64,000 nt of DNA from assembly GCA_963666485.2 (NCBI GenBank), contig CAXXUO010000004.1, forward strand, positions 224,001 to 288,000, given 5' to 3'. Under the pieces are notes generated by a model. That model saw only the letters and a program-made list of their open reading frames with translations. It made no database searches and had not been told where the DNA came from. This document shows positions 18,850 through 28,450 of this stretch, piece after piece (the stretch's first letter is position 1; each line of letters begins with the position of its first letter). The translations under genes were made by a program, and so were the position numbers. Origin of the DNA: Syntrophorhabdaceae bacterium. GTDB lineage: Bacteria; Desulfobacterota; Syntrophorhabdia; Syntrophorhabdales; Syntrophorhabdaceae.

Positions 18850-19347
18850 TTATTCGTCTTCCCGGTCCGATTCGGCTCTTTCCAGGTAATCGACAAGGAC
18901 CCCCGTTGTCTGGCGCAGCCTCTGGCTCATGGAGAATGCGATCTTCTGAAGGATCTTTATCCCTATCGCGGGCTTTTCCTTAAAAAGCCTGGTCATGCTC
19001 TCCTTCGTAAGCGTGACGAGCGTCGTGTCGATCACTGCGACGGCGGTCGCTGAACGCGGGCAATTGTCGATCATCGACATCTCCCCGATCATTTTTCCCC
19101 GCCCTATCTGGGCCACGCGCCTGTCCGTCATGTGCTCGTCCTTCTTGAGTATGTTGACGCCGCCCTTGACGACGATGCACATAAAGACCTCGCGGTCGCC
19201 TTCCTTGAACACGGTCGCGCCTGTCCTTAACCTCATGGTCCCCATATACTGGGACAGTTCCATAAGCTCGGTCCAGGTGAACTCCATGCTGAGCGACGTG
19301 TCCTCAAGTAGTTCCGCCCGTTCTGAGATGGCACTTCCAATTTGCAT
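18850..19347 (-). CDS. Stand-alone cyclic nucleotide-binding domain protein
   Basis: VFKEGD, GEMSMID..PRSATAVA; no HTH. Confidence 0.9.
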   Translation of the reverse strand: MQIGSAISERAELLEDTSLSMEFTWTELMELSQYMGTMRLRTGATVFKEGDREVFMCIVVKGGVNILKKDEHMTDRRVAQIGRGKMIGEMSMIDNCPRSATAVAVIDTTLVTLTKESMTRLFKEKPAIGIKILQKIAFSMSQRLRQTTGVLVDYLERAESDREDE

Positions 19348-19450
19348 ACAGTCCTGTCCTTACATCGTTTTATCGGCACTTTTCTCCTGACATAAAGAAG
19401 AAATAGTAACCCAAAGAATTAAGGGACAGACCGCGACCCGCGGAAGAGAC

Positions 19451-20119
19451 CTACTTGTGGTGCTGGCGGTTTGCTATGTGCAGGCCGACAAGCCGGGCAA
19501 CAAAGATGGCCATGTAAAGCTGCCCGACAAGCGCCTGCAGCATGGAAAATACGCGCACAGGATAGGACCTGGGCAGGATATCGCCAAAACCGACGGTTGT
19601 CATCGTGACGATGCTGTAATAGAGAAAATCCGCCTGGTGCCCCTCACCCGTGGTGAACACGAAGGAATGTGGGTCCATGACCCAAAAAAAATAGTAGACC
19701 AGCTGCCACCAGTTCGCCATCAGGATATACACAGAAATGCCGCCCTTTATAGTGTCGCCGGTGACCGTCCTTTCCGAAAAAATGCGTCTGATCATAAAAA
19801 TGACGATGACCCCGATCATAAGCAAATAAACGGTCATGGCAACGATACCGAGGAGCCGGCTGTTCAGCTCAAAGAGCGCGAGATAATGACACAGAAGCGC
19901 CAGGAATGCGCCTGCCATGTATGCGATCAACAAATAACGGGGTGCGTTGAGGATCCTGAGCATGATCAGATAGACGACCAGGGACACAAACGACGCCGAT
20001 ATCGAATAGATCATGAAATTTTGGATGCTCACTATCGACAGGAGCAAGAGCGATACGAGGAAGAACAGGAGCAGGGAGTATTTGTTCTCGATTATTCGTT
20101 CAACACGTTCCCTGTCCAA
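19451..20119 (-). CDS. Potassium channel family protein (Ion_trans_2)
   Basis: Multiple TMs, YYSIVTMTTVGFGDI filter, GQLYMAIFVARLV. Confidence 0.9.
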   Translation of the reverse strand: MDRERVERIIENKYSLLLFFLVSLLLLSIVSIQNFMIYSISASFVSLVVYLIMLRILNAPRYLLIAYMAGAFLALLCHYLALFELNSRLLGIVAMTVYLLMIGVIVIFMIRRIFSERTVTGDTIKGGISVYILMANWWQLVYYFFWVMDPHSFVFTTGEGHQADFLYYSIVTMTTVGFGDILPRSYPVRVFSMLQALVGQLYMAIFVARLVGLHIANRQHHK

Positions 20120-20258
20120 TCATGCCTCCCGGGGTATTCCGCGCCTCAGGCCTCCGGGCGGTAATTATGTTCCGGATGATCTTTTATTGTGCCGAAGATT
20201 AAGGCAATTTACAAGAGAGAAAAGAAAAAGTGCGGCCCTCTGCAAGGCCGGGAAACCC

Positions 20259-20951
20259 TTATTTGGAAACTGGCGGCATCCGTTTTTTGTGCAGGCGTTT
20301 ACGTTCCCCGGGCTTTACGGGCCTCATGTCCAGCTTTTCCCTTTCGGCCCGGGAACAATCAGGGCAAAGGCCATGGCTGAATACCGCTTCACTATGTTTG
20401 CTGAGATACACTTCCAGCTGGTCCCAATACCCCTTGTCATCCCGTATCCTTTTACACCATGCACATATAGGGATAAGTCCTCTCAAGGTCTTGATCTCAT
20501 CCATCGCGCGCTTGAGTTCCTCGATGATAACGGCCTGATCCTTCTGCGTCTGGATCAACCTTTCCTCGGTTCGTTTTATACGCTCCATCGCCTGTATGCG
20601 GGCAAGGAACTCCTTTCTCGACAACGGCTTGATCAGGTAGCCGTCCGCGCCGACGGACAACCCCTCCGCCTGGTTGTCCGGCGACACCTGGATCCCCGAC
20701 ATGAGGATCACAAAAGGACCCTGAATCTCCGAGTCAGTTTTAATTATCCTGCAAACCTCGATGCCCGTCATATCGGGCAGAACAACGTCGAGAAGAACGA
20801 GGTCGGGATGGTACTGCCGCACTTTCTCCAGACATTCCTTCCCGGTAGCCGCCTCGTAAACGTCGTACCCTGCGTTGCGCAAAGCGGTCGAATTTATTTC
20901 GAGTATATCAGGATCGTCATCGGTAACGAGTATCTTGAATTTATCGTTCAC
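20259..20951 (-). CDS. Response regulator with C-terminal Cys/His-rich domain
   Basis: REC (ILVTDDD, LLDVVLPD, YLIKP) plus LRGLIPICAWCKRIRDDKGYW...SHGLCPDC; start probably GTG 20951. Confidence 0.88.
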   Translation of the reverse strand: MNDKFKILVTDDDPDILEINSTALRNAGYDVYEAATGKECLEKVRQYHPDLVLLDVVLPDMTGIEVCRIIKTDSEIQGPFVILMSGIQVSPDNQAEGLSVGADGYLIKPLSRKEFLARIQAMERIKRTEERLIQTQKDQAVIIEELKRAMDEIKTLRGLIPICAWCKRIRDDKGYWDQLEVYLSKHSEAVFSHGLCPDCSRAEREKLDMRPVKPGERKRLHKKRMPPVSK

Positions 20952-21122
20952 GGATAGAGAGGCCCTCGTAATCGCACGAATAGCATGTCTTAAATATTTT
21001 AACGTGATTTGCGGGAAATTCAAGACAGGCCACCTGTAAGCCCTTGCATTAAGACGTATATTTGATATTTACTTTTTTCAACCTTTGATATTTACTTTTA
21101 CATTTTCAGTACGGAGGTAGTC

Positions 21123-21638
21123 ATGAACATCGGCATTCTCGAGCATATGGAGGCCCCCGAGCTCCGCGAATATTTACGGTTCCTCCTGTGGCATTACCGT
21201 GTGGTCGACGGCTTCTGGTTCCTGTGTGTCGAGGAAAATTACGGCCGGAAAGTGGCGGAACATTTCGATGAGGTCGTCTGGGGCAAGATAGCCGGAATGT
21301 CGGCCAAAGACCTCGTCAAGAGATTCAACATCCAAGAGAAAGGGCTTAAAGGGCTGGTCAAGGCCTTCCAGTACCTCCCCTGGACAATGATCGTCGGATA
21401 CCACGTCAGCGAACAGGGAGAGGACGAGGTGCTCGTCACCGTGCCCGAGTGCCCGACCCAGGTGGCGCGCGTGAAGCACGGCCTGCCGGAATTTCACTGC
21501 CAGGACATGCACCAGACGGAATTCGAATCTTTCGCCCACGCCATCGATCCCGACATACGGGTGGAATGCCTCCTCGCCCCGCCCGACCACCCGCCCGACC
21601 TTTTCTGCAAGTGGCGGTTTACGATGAAGAACGGCTGA
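21123..21638 (+). CDS. DUF6125-like protein (V4R-like, Cys/His metal site)
   Basis: VDGFWF..VEE.YG, CPTQ..R, C..MH, C...PPD...CKWRF; GGAGG RBS. Confidence 0.75.
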   Translation: MNIGILEHMEAPELREYLRFLLWHYRVVDGFWFLCVEENYGRKVAEHFDEVVWGKIAGMSAKDLVKRFNIQEKGLKGLVKAFQYLPWTMIVGYHVSEQGEDEVLVTVPECPTQVARVKHGLPEFHCQDMHQTEFESFAHAIDPDIRVECLLAPPDHPPDLFCKWRFTMKNG

Positions 21639-21648
21639 CCCTGGTGAT

Positions 21649-23160
21649 ATGACGAGATCTCTGCCCATCCTTTTCCTGTTCCTGGCCTTCCATGCGTCCG
21701 CATTGGCCCAGCCGGCACGTTTCGACACCCTCGCCGGCATGTCCGCGAAAGAGGCGCCCGCCCGGGAAACCGCACAGATGCTGCGCGATGAACTTCTTTT
21801 CCAGCGTGCGACGCAGGTCTATCTCTGGGCGATGCCGCTCATCAATACCCTTGGGATGAAGAACGGTTCCGAGAAGGCCTTCGGGGCCGGTTACAACGTC
21901 CTGCCCGTCTGGAAAAAAAGGCTCGATGCCAGGACCCTCATCACCACCCCCAATTCCGATCTTATCTACGCCCTTAGCTACCTTGATCCCGGCAGGGACG
22001 GTCCCCTCGTATTCGAGGCCCCGCCGGGCCTGCAGGGGGTCCTTCTCGACATATGGCAGCGCCCGATCCCCTGTGACGGGGGCGTGTTCTTCGGCGATAT
22101 CGGGCGTGTCGGCCCCGACGCGGGAAGAGGCGGCAAATTCCTGCTGCTGCCGCCGGGGTATGCAGGGGCGGTCCCGGAAGGTTATTACGTCTACAGGCCG
22201 CAGACCAACAATGTCTTCGTCTTCCTCCGCCTGTTCTACGAAGACCCGGGAAACCTTGCGCCGGCCGCCGCCCTGGTCGAAAAAACACGGATATACCCCC
22301 TGGGCGCCGGGGAAAAGGCAAAACCGATGGTGTTCCCCGATGCGTCGGGTGTTCCGGTCAACATGCTGCCCCGCAGTGACGGTGCCGTTTTCGATGATCT
22401 CAAGAAGCTCGTGGACACCGAGGTCGCAAATATCGCCGATCCCGACTGGCTCGGCATGCTCGCCGCCATAGGCATTGTCAAAGGCGTGCCCTTTGACCCT
22501 GATGCACGGACCCGGGCCATCCTCGACCGCGCGGCAAGGACCGGGTACAGGATGAGCCGTGTCATCGGGTTTGACAGGATCGTCACGGGCCGGTCATTAC
22601 GGGTATACCCGGACCGCCGCTGGGTAAATCCCATGGCGGACGCGTCACCCGGGAAACCCTACGGCGCCTTCACCGGGCTTGGCGGGATTAGGGACGGGGG
22701 ATACCTCGACCACGATATGCGCATATGGTATTTTACGAACTATTTCTCGGTGAGCCCCGGAATGGTCTCCCAGGTCCCGGGAACCGGTGCCCGGTATATG
22801 ATAAGCCTCACGGACGCCGATGGGGCGCCCCTTTCCGGCAGCGCCGGTTATTCACTGACTCTGCCGCGCGACATTCCTGCCGCCCACTTCTGGTCGGTCA
22901 CCCTTTACGATGCCGGGAGCGGTTCCGGCCTTGCGAACGGCCAGCCCTTCCCTTCCCTCGGGTCCCGCGACCGCCCCTTGCGCAACGCCGACGGCAGCAC
23001 CGACCTCTACCTCGCTCCGAAGCCGCCTGACGGCAAGAAATCAAACTGGCTCGCCACCGTGCCCGGGAAAAACTACTTCGTCGTCCTGCGCCTCTACGGA
23101 CCGACCGAAGCCGCCATCAACAAAACCTGGAAACCCGGCGATATAAAATTAATAAAGTAA
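21649..23160 (+). CDS. Exported DUF1254/DUF1214 protein
   Basis: Signal peptide, QRATQVYLWAMP, TPNSDLIY, FWSVTLYD, NWLAT.PG, LRLYGP. Confidence 0.9.
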   Translation: MTRSLPILFLFLAFHASALAQPARFDTLAGMSAKEAPARETAQMLRDELLFQRATQVYLWAMPLINTLGMKNGSEKAFGAGYNVLPVWKKRLDARTLITTPNSDLIYALSYLDPGRDGPLVFEAPPGLQGVLLDIWQRPIPCDGGVFFGDIGRVGPDAGRGGKFLLLPPGYAGAVPEGYYVYRPQTNNVFVFLRLFYEDPGNLAPAAALVEKTRIYPLGAGEKAKPMVFPDASGVPVNMLPRSDGAVFDDLKKLVDTEVANIADPDWLGMLAAIGIVKGVPFDPDARTRAILDRAARTGYRMSRVIGFDRIVTGRSLRVYPDRRWVNPMADASPGKPYGAFTGLGGIRDGGYLDHDMRIWYFTNYFSVSPGMVSQVPGTGARYMISLTDADGAPLSGSAGYSLTLPRDIPAAHFWSVTLYDAGSGSGLANGQPFPSLGSRDRPLRNADGSTDLYLAPKPPDGKKSNWLATVPGKNYFVVLRLYGPTEAAINKTWKPGDIKLIK

Positions 23161-23180
23161 AAACGTGGATGTACCGTTTC

Positions 23181-23243
23181 TTACGCCTTTAGCCTTTAGC
23201 CTTTCGCCTTTCGCCGTCAGCCGTACGCCGTACGCCGTACGCC
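23181..23243. repeat. Heptamer tandem array, 9 units ending in GCC
   Basis: TTACGCC TTTAGCC x2 TTTCGCC x2 GTCAGCC GTACGCC x3 between convergent genes. Confidence 0.9.
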
Positions 23244-23249
23244 GTTCTT

Positions 23250-24266
23250 TTAAAACCTTATCGCCAGCCCTCCCATAACCACGTCCGCGTCACGGTCGTT
23301 ATCGGTTATGATGCGATGAAGTATCAGGCGGAGGCCGACATGCGGCGTGAACCGCACGGCCCCGGTGAGTGACATTGCTCCCAAAACTGCATCCCGATTG
23401 CTGTCCCCGTTGTCCCCGCTGTACCTGTCGTGTGAAAAATAGGGACCCGCGCCGATACCCAGTGCGATGCAGTCATGGAAGAACTCCCGTGCGAGCCATA
23501 CCTCCGTCAGAATGCCATAACGGCCTACCGGCCTCTCGTTTCCCTCATGGAGATAGCCGATCGACCAATCCAGGTAACGGAATAGTTTTCTCCTGTACTC
23601 AACTGCCACCGGTGTAGACTCGCTATGGTCTATATTCAATGTCGTCCTTCCGATGTAGACATCGATCTCATTCTTTCCCGCGGTGAACGCATCCGAAGCT
23701 GATGTCTTTTCATCGCTGAGGAGGTAACCAACGCTGAACGTCAACCCGAGTGTGTCGAATTGATTGGAGGCATAAATATAATCCGCCCGCGTCTGCAGGA
23801 TGACAGGGCTCAAACCGTACCACGTCGCCGCGATGCTCCCCACCGCTCCGACACCGTGTTTGATCTCTTTTTGATCATTTTCTCCGATCCTTGTGTCGGC
23901 GTACAGGTACGGTCCCGCCCCTGCCGCCATGGACAAGCGCGACTTTAACGGGGAGGTCCGCACCCATAACTGCGGGGTCAGCCCATCCCGCGCGTGATCG
24001 GGCACGTGCCCCTCGTTCAGATAGGTGATACTGAACATTGTGTTATCTGTAATTGCCTGTGAATACCCCCCGGCAGACCAATACGCGTGGGTAGTGCTGC
24101 TGCCCGTCGTGACGTCACGGCCGACACCGCCGCCCACGTAAAATATCTCCTCAGCCAAACAGGGGCCGGCCGGAAAGAGGACAATGAAGAGAAATGCTGT
24201 GATCAATCTGTGGAATGTGTGCACAAATACAAGGCTAATGCAGGGGTTGGGGCATTTCTGTAGCAA
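23250..24266 (-). CDS. Putative outer-membrane beta-barrel protein with internal duplication
   Basis: Signal peptide, alternating beta pattern, duplicated YL(N/H)EG and GAGPY motifs, C-terminal Phe; true start probably downstream of 24266. Confidence 0.7.
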   Translation of the reverse strand: MLQKCPNPCISLVFVHTFHRLITAFLFIVLFPAGPCLAEEIFYVGGGVGRDVTTGSSTTHAYWSAGGYSQAITDNTMFSITYLNEGHVPDHARDGLTPQLWVRTSPLKSRLSMAAGAGPYLYADTRIGENDQKEIKHGVGAVGSIAATWYGLSPVILQTRADYIYASNQFDTLGLTFSVGYLLSDEKTSASDAFTAGKNEIDVYIGRTTLNIDHSESTPVAVEYRRKLFRYLDWSIGYLHEGNERPVGRYGILTEVWLAREFFHDCIALGIGAGPYFSHDRYSGDNGDSNRDAVLGAMSLTGAVRFTPHVGLRLILHRIITDNDRDADVVMGGLAIRF

Positions 24267-24307
24267 AAACTACGATAATGCTGTCGTGAAAAATAATGAC
24301 AAAAGAG

Positions 24308-24514
24308 GGTTCAAGGTTCAAGGTTCAATGAAAGAAAAAAACAAAACCTTGGATCCCGGTGTCAAGCACCGGGATGACGGTAGAGAGTATGGGCCCCGGT
24401 GTCAAGGCACTGCAATTACCTCGCCCCGTCATCCCGGCGAAAGCCGGGATCCAGTGTCTTTTGCTTTTGGTTTACTTAGGGGAGCTTTGAACTTTGAACC
24501 TTGAACCTTGAACC
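24308..24514. repeat. Composite repeat: inverted GGTTCAA heptamer arms enclosing CGTC-type REP palindromes
   Basis: (GGTTCAA)3 at 24308-24328, (TTGAACY)4 at 24487-24514, REPs at 24350-24379 and 24427-24453. Confidence 0.9.
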
Positions 24515-24519
24515 ATTTT

Positions 24520-25512
24520 TTACGGTTTTCTTGCCTCTACCAGCCCATCCATCCTGTCACCGGTCCGCAACAGCCGTACGTTCCTGAACCCGGCCGCATG
24601 CAGATCTTTCTTTATCTCTTTGAACGTGTACGTATTCCCGCCCCGCGTGTTGACGAGCATGTTTATGGCAAAAAGGGTCCCGGGAACGGGAGTCGTCCGG
24701 TCCTCTTTCATAACATGGTCACGGATGAGTATTTTCCCGCCGGGAAGAAGGGCATTCAATGCCTTGCGGTAAAGCTCGACATTTTCCCGGGAATCATTCT
24801 GGTGAATGATGGCCGACAGCAGGACGAGATCATGACCGCCGGGCAGGTCATCCTTGTAGAAATCACCTGCCGCCAAAGAGACGCGGCCGGTGAGGCCCTC
24901 CTTTTCCATCCGTGCACGGGCCATGGGGATGACGCCATCTCGGTCGAAGATGGTCGCTTGCAGTGACGGGTATTTCCGAAGAAAGGCTATCGTGTACGTT
25001 CCCGATGCGCCCCCGACATCCAGCAGTTTCTTACAGGGCCCGGCGTCATATGCGCCGACCAGTTCCTCTGAAAGGTCCCTGCCCACAACGTCCATAGCGC
25101 CGATGAAGGCCTCGAGCGCCGCGGGTTCCATATGGTCCTCGTGCTTGCGTTTACCCCGCATTCCTTTCCTTACCATGGAAGAAAGGTCGCCCCACGCATC
25201 CCAGACCCTGTTCATATGGAGCACCATGGGCAGGACGGATCCCGGGTGTTTGGACGACAGAAGTTCCCCCTTTTCGGTCAAAGAGTACATGCCGTCCTTT
25301 TTTCCGAGAAATCCGAGGCCGGCCAGTGCATCGAGCAATCTTTCGAGGGACCGCCTGTTGAAACCCGTTTGTTTGACCAACCCCGACAGTGTCGCGGGGG
25401 AACCGTCGAGATGCGTGAAGATATCGATCTCGGAACCGGTAAGAATGACCCTGCTCTTCATGAAACCGGTAATGTCGGACAGTAAAGCTGCGTGAGGCCC
25501 GTGATTTATCAT
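24520..25512 (-). CDS. SAM-dependent O-methyltransferase (Methyltransf_2, with dimerisation domain)
   Basis: LLDVGGASG, AGDFY, LSAIIH; ATG 25512 with AAGGA RBS. Confidence 0.9.
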   Translation of the reverse strand: MINHGPHAALLSDITGFMKSRVILTGSEIDIFTHLDGSPATLSGLVKQTGFNRRSLERLLDALAGLGFLGKKDGMYSLTEKGELLSSKHPGSVLPMVLHMNRVWDAWGDLSSMVRKGMRGKRKHEDHMEPAALEAFIGAMDVVGRDLSEELVGAYDAGPCKKLLDVGGASGTYTIAFLRKYPSLQATIFDRDGVIPMARARMEKEGLTGRVSLAAGDFYKDDLPGGHDLVLLSAIIHQNDSRENVELYRKALNALLPGGKILIRDHVMKEDRTTPVPGTLFAINMLVNTRGGNTYTFKEIKKDLHAAGFRNVRLLRTGDRMDGLVEARKP

Positions 25513-25563
25513 GATTCTTCCTTTTATTGTCACATTTCGCCGAGATATGCCCGGCGGCTTGAA

Positions 25564-26085
25564 CTAGCTCTGTCCCTGGTATATCGCCTTGAACTCTTCG
25601 ACAAGAAGAATGTTCAGGATGTCACGGACATTTTCGGGCGGCTGGCCATAAAAATGAAACTTCCCGTCGTTCGCCAGGAGACTGTACGTATGCTTTTTTA
25701 CAGGATCATACAGGATGATTATCTGGCTTGCATCACACAGATGCGGCTTGCACGAGACGATCAGCACGAACTGCTGCTTGAACGCCTGGATCATCCTGTT
25801 CTTGTTCGCCGCTGTACCGGTGAGCAGCCGGACCCATTCCTCGAACTTCCCTTCACGGGTCATTGCGGCGAACGATCTTTCGAATTCCTCCACCTTGAGC
25901 GTTTCCCAGGGGTACACGTCGTATTTCTTGTACTGGTCCGGAAAGGCGACGTATTCGATGACGACCTTGTTCTTGCCCTTCTTCGGCGCCGGGGCCTTGC
26001 CCTGTGACCCGGCAAGGTCAAAGCTGCCCGAAACGAGCAAGAATGCGACGATCGTGGCCAGGACAACGACTATCTTCTGTTTCAT
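25564..26085 (-). CDS. Ivy family (inhibitor of c-type lysozyme / lytic transglycosylase)
   Basis: Signal peptide, CKPHLC loop resembling the Ivy CKPHDC motif. Confidence 0.75.
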   Translation of the reverse strand: MKQKIVVVLATIVAFLLVSGSFDLAGSQGKAPAPKKGKNKVVIEYVAFPDQYKKYDVYPWETLKVEEFERSFAAMTREGKFEEWVRLLTGTAANKNRMIQAFKQQFVLIVSCKPHLCDASQIIILYDPVKKHTYSLLANDGKFHFYGQPPENVRDILNILLVEEFKAIYQGQS

Positions 26086-26115
26086 TACCGCCCCTTTTCC
26101 GGATGACTGTGGCCG

Positions 26116-26841
26116 TCACACATCGAGAAGATGCCCTTTTGACCTGAGCCATGCCTTGCTGTCCCTGTAAGACGGCAGCCTCGCTTCCACGTAATCCCAG
26201 AATTTCCTCGAATGGTTCTTTATCTTTACGTGCGCAAGCTCATGGACAATGATGTAATCTATGATCCGATAGGGCGCCATCACGAGCCTGTAGCTGAAGG
26301 AAAGCCTGTTGTCGGATGAACATGAGCCATACCGCGTCCGGGCGCTTGTCACGCGTATGCCGTTAAAGGCGAGCCCCATGTCCCTCGCATAAAAAGCGAC
26401 GCGTTCCGCAAAGATCTCACGCGCGCGCCTCTTGTACCACTCGACAAATATCTGCCTCACATCGGTGTTGTGGTCCCTGCGAAGAATGAACGCGCCATGG
26501 GAAAGGGCCAGCCGGGTCACGCGGTCCGGGGTTACTTGGAGCGGGTATTCCTCGCCGAGGTACAGGAATTTTTCCCCGGGTGCAAAACTCCTCGGCTCGT
26601 TCACATTCCTTCCCGACTCCCGGTATTCAATCAATTTTTTGTGGATCCACGGGACCTTGGAATTGAAAAACCGGTGGATCTCGTCCTTCGGGGTCCTGTC
26701 GGGGACCAAAATGACGACCGCCCCGCTGCGCTCCAGTTTCAGGGTCATCGTCCGTTTACGGTTCTTGCTGCGAACGACCCTGTAATTCAAGAATTCTGTA
26801 TCGCTAAAGAGAGAAGCCTGTTCCTCCACTTTCCCTCTCAT
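26116..26841 (-). CDS. YgjP/DUF45 (M48-like) zinc metallohydrolase
   Basis: RYGSCS, IDYIIVHELAH...NHSRKFW. Confidence 0.9.
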   Translation of the reverse strand: MRGKVEEQASLFSDTEFLNYRVVRSKNRKRTMTLKLERSGAVVILVPDRTPKDEIHRFFNSKVPWIHKKLIEYRESGRNVNEPRSFAPGEKFLYLGEEYPLQVTPDRVTRLALSHGAFILRRDHNTDVRQIFVEWYKRRAREIFAERVAFYARDMGLAFNGIRVTSARTRYGSCSSDNRLSFSYRLVMAPYRIIDYIIVHELAHVKIKNHSRKFWDYVEARLPSYRDSKAWLRSKGHLLDV

Positions 26842-26861
26842 ATCCTTCCTGCCTTGAGTCG

Positions 26862-28250
26862 CTAGATCTCCAGTTCTTCGCCAAGATGGGGGACATACGT
26901 CGTCAGCCCCAGCCTTTCCCGGACGATCTGCTCAAATTCCAGGGCGACCGCTTCTTCACCGTGTACGATGTATACCTTCGGATTCGTTGTGAAGGTGCTC
27001 AACCATTCCAGCAGTTCACCCTGGTCCGCGTGGGCAGAGAATCCGCCGATCGTATGGACTTTCGCCCGTATCGCCATTTCCTCACCGAGAATATATGCCC
27101 TTTTCGACCCGTCGACAATGAGCCGGCCGAGCGTCCCGGGAACCTGGAAGCCGGTGAAGATGATGCTGCATTCCGGCCGCCAGATATTGTGCTTGAAATG
27201 GTGCCGTATCCTGCCGCCCTCGCACATTCCGCTGCCTGCAATGATAATGGCGCCTGACTTTATCTTGTTTATCTTCTGTGATTCCTCGATCGTGGTAGTA
27301 AAATGTATCTTCATCCCTTCCGCGCTCCTGAACTTGAACGCGTTGACAGCTTCGCCGTCGAAAAATTCCGGGTGCGACATATATATCTTCGTTGCCTTGT
27401 CGGCGAGCGGGCTGTCGATGTAGACGTCGAGGTCCTTGAGCCGGCCTTCCTTCACGAGCCTGTTCAGGATATACAGGACATCCTGTGTCCTCCCGACGGC
27501 AAAAGACGGCATCAACACGTTTCCCCCGTGCTTGAACGTGTCCTTGATCACCTGCGCCATTTCTTCGATGCTTGCCTCGAGGTCCTTGTGGAAACGGTTG
27601 CCGTACGTGGATTCGACCACGACATAATCGGCCTCGGTGACGTGCTGCGGGTCCCGGATGATCGGGTTGCCGTTCTTCCCTATGTCCCCGGAAAAAACGA
27701 TCTTCTTCTCTTTTCCCTTGTCCTTAAACCACAGCTCCAGGGTCGCCGAGCCCAGGATGTGGCCCGCATCGATGAGGCGGAATTTAACGCCGCCCGGCAA
27801 TTCATGGACGGTGTCATAACCGTTGTGCTCAAAGTACGGAAGGCACGCCTTTACGTCGTCGGTCGTGTAGAGCGGTTCGAAGGTCTCGGTTTTTCCCGCC
27901 CTCAACGCCTTTTTCGTGTGCCATTCGGCATCTTTTTCCTGTATATGGGCCGAATCGAGAAGGATGATCTCGGCGAGCTCGGCCGTTGCGGACGTCGTTA
28001 TTATCTTGCCCTTGAACCCTTCGGACACGAGCCGGGGGATAAGCCCGGAGTGATCGAGATGGGCGTGCGTAAGGAGCATAGTCTCCAGTTTGGCAGGCTC
28101 GAAACGGAACGGCTGCTCGTTCAGGACATCCGAGTGCCTTCCCTGGTTCATACCGCAGTCAACGATCATTTCCGTACCGTCCGTCACCAGTTCAAAACAC
28201 GACCCGGTAACCTTCCTCGCCGCTCCCAAGAACCTGATCTTCATTGTCAC
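26862..28250 (-). CDS. Metallo-beta-lactamase / beta-CASP RNA-processing nuclease
   Basis: VTGSC, LTHAHLDHSG, AGHILGS, ESTYG, FSAHAD, VHGE. Confidence 0.93.
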   Translation of the reverse strand: MTMKIRFLGAARKVTGSCFELVTDGTEMIVDCGMNQGRHSDVLNEQPFRFEPAKLETMLLTHAHLDHSGLIPRLVSEGFKGKIITTSATAELAEIILLDSAHIQEKDAEWHTKKALRAGKTETFEPLYTTDDVKACLPYFEHNGYDTVHELPGGVKFRLIDAGHILGSATLELWFKDKGKEKKIVFSGDIGKNGNPIIRDPQHVTEADYVVVESTYGNRFHKDLEASIEEMAQVIKDTFKHGGNVLMPSFAVGRTQDVLYILNRLVKEGRLKDLDVYIDSPLADKATKIYMSHPEFFDGEAVNAFKFRSAEGMKIHFTTTIEESQKINKIKSGAIIIAGSGMCEGGRIRHHFKHNIWRPECSIIFTGFQVPGTLGRLIVDGSKRAYILGEEMAIRAKVHTIGGFSAHADQGELLEWLSTFTTNPKVYIVHGEEAVALEFEQIVRERLGLTTYVPHLGEELEI

Positions 28251-28296
28251 CCCGTTCTGATGAGTAGTCTGTCATTTAAAGGCTGAAAGTCATTTG

Positions 28297-28325
28297 ATTA
28301 TACACAGGCGACCAATTCTTTACAA
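28297..28325 (-). promoter_or_regulatory. sigma70 promoter of the beta-CASP gene
   Basis: TTGTAA-N17-TATAAT. Confidence 0.6.
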
Positions 28326-28450
28326 GAATATAGAAGATCGGTACTGACCGCCGCACTATCCTCTTTTTTCCGTTCGTCGTCAGCCCTTAGCGGTTATATG
28401 CAAAATAAACGACTACCATGTCGTGAACGATCTGCGCCAGTTACCAATAT

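Noticed and set aside
18484..19053. 189-aa ORF across the inverted-repeat element as a possible transposase
   Set aside because: No transposase or nuclease motifs; it reads through hairpin repeats and overlaps the cNMP-domain gene in antisense.
7042..24265. Similar segments at about 7042-7080 and 24231-24265 (both translate as QK..NPCISL)
   Set aside because: Short, imperfect similarity with only two instances; explainable as promoter-like sequence or chance.
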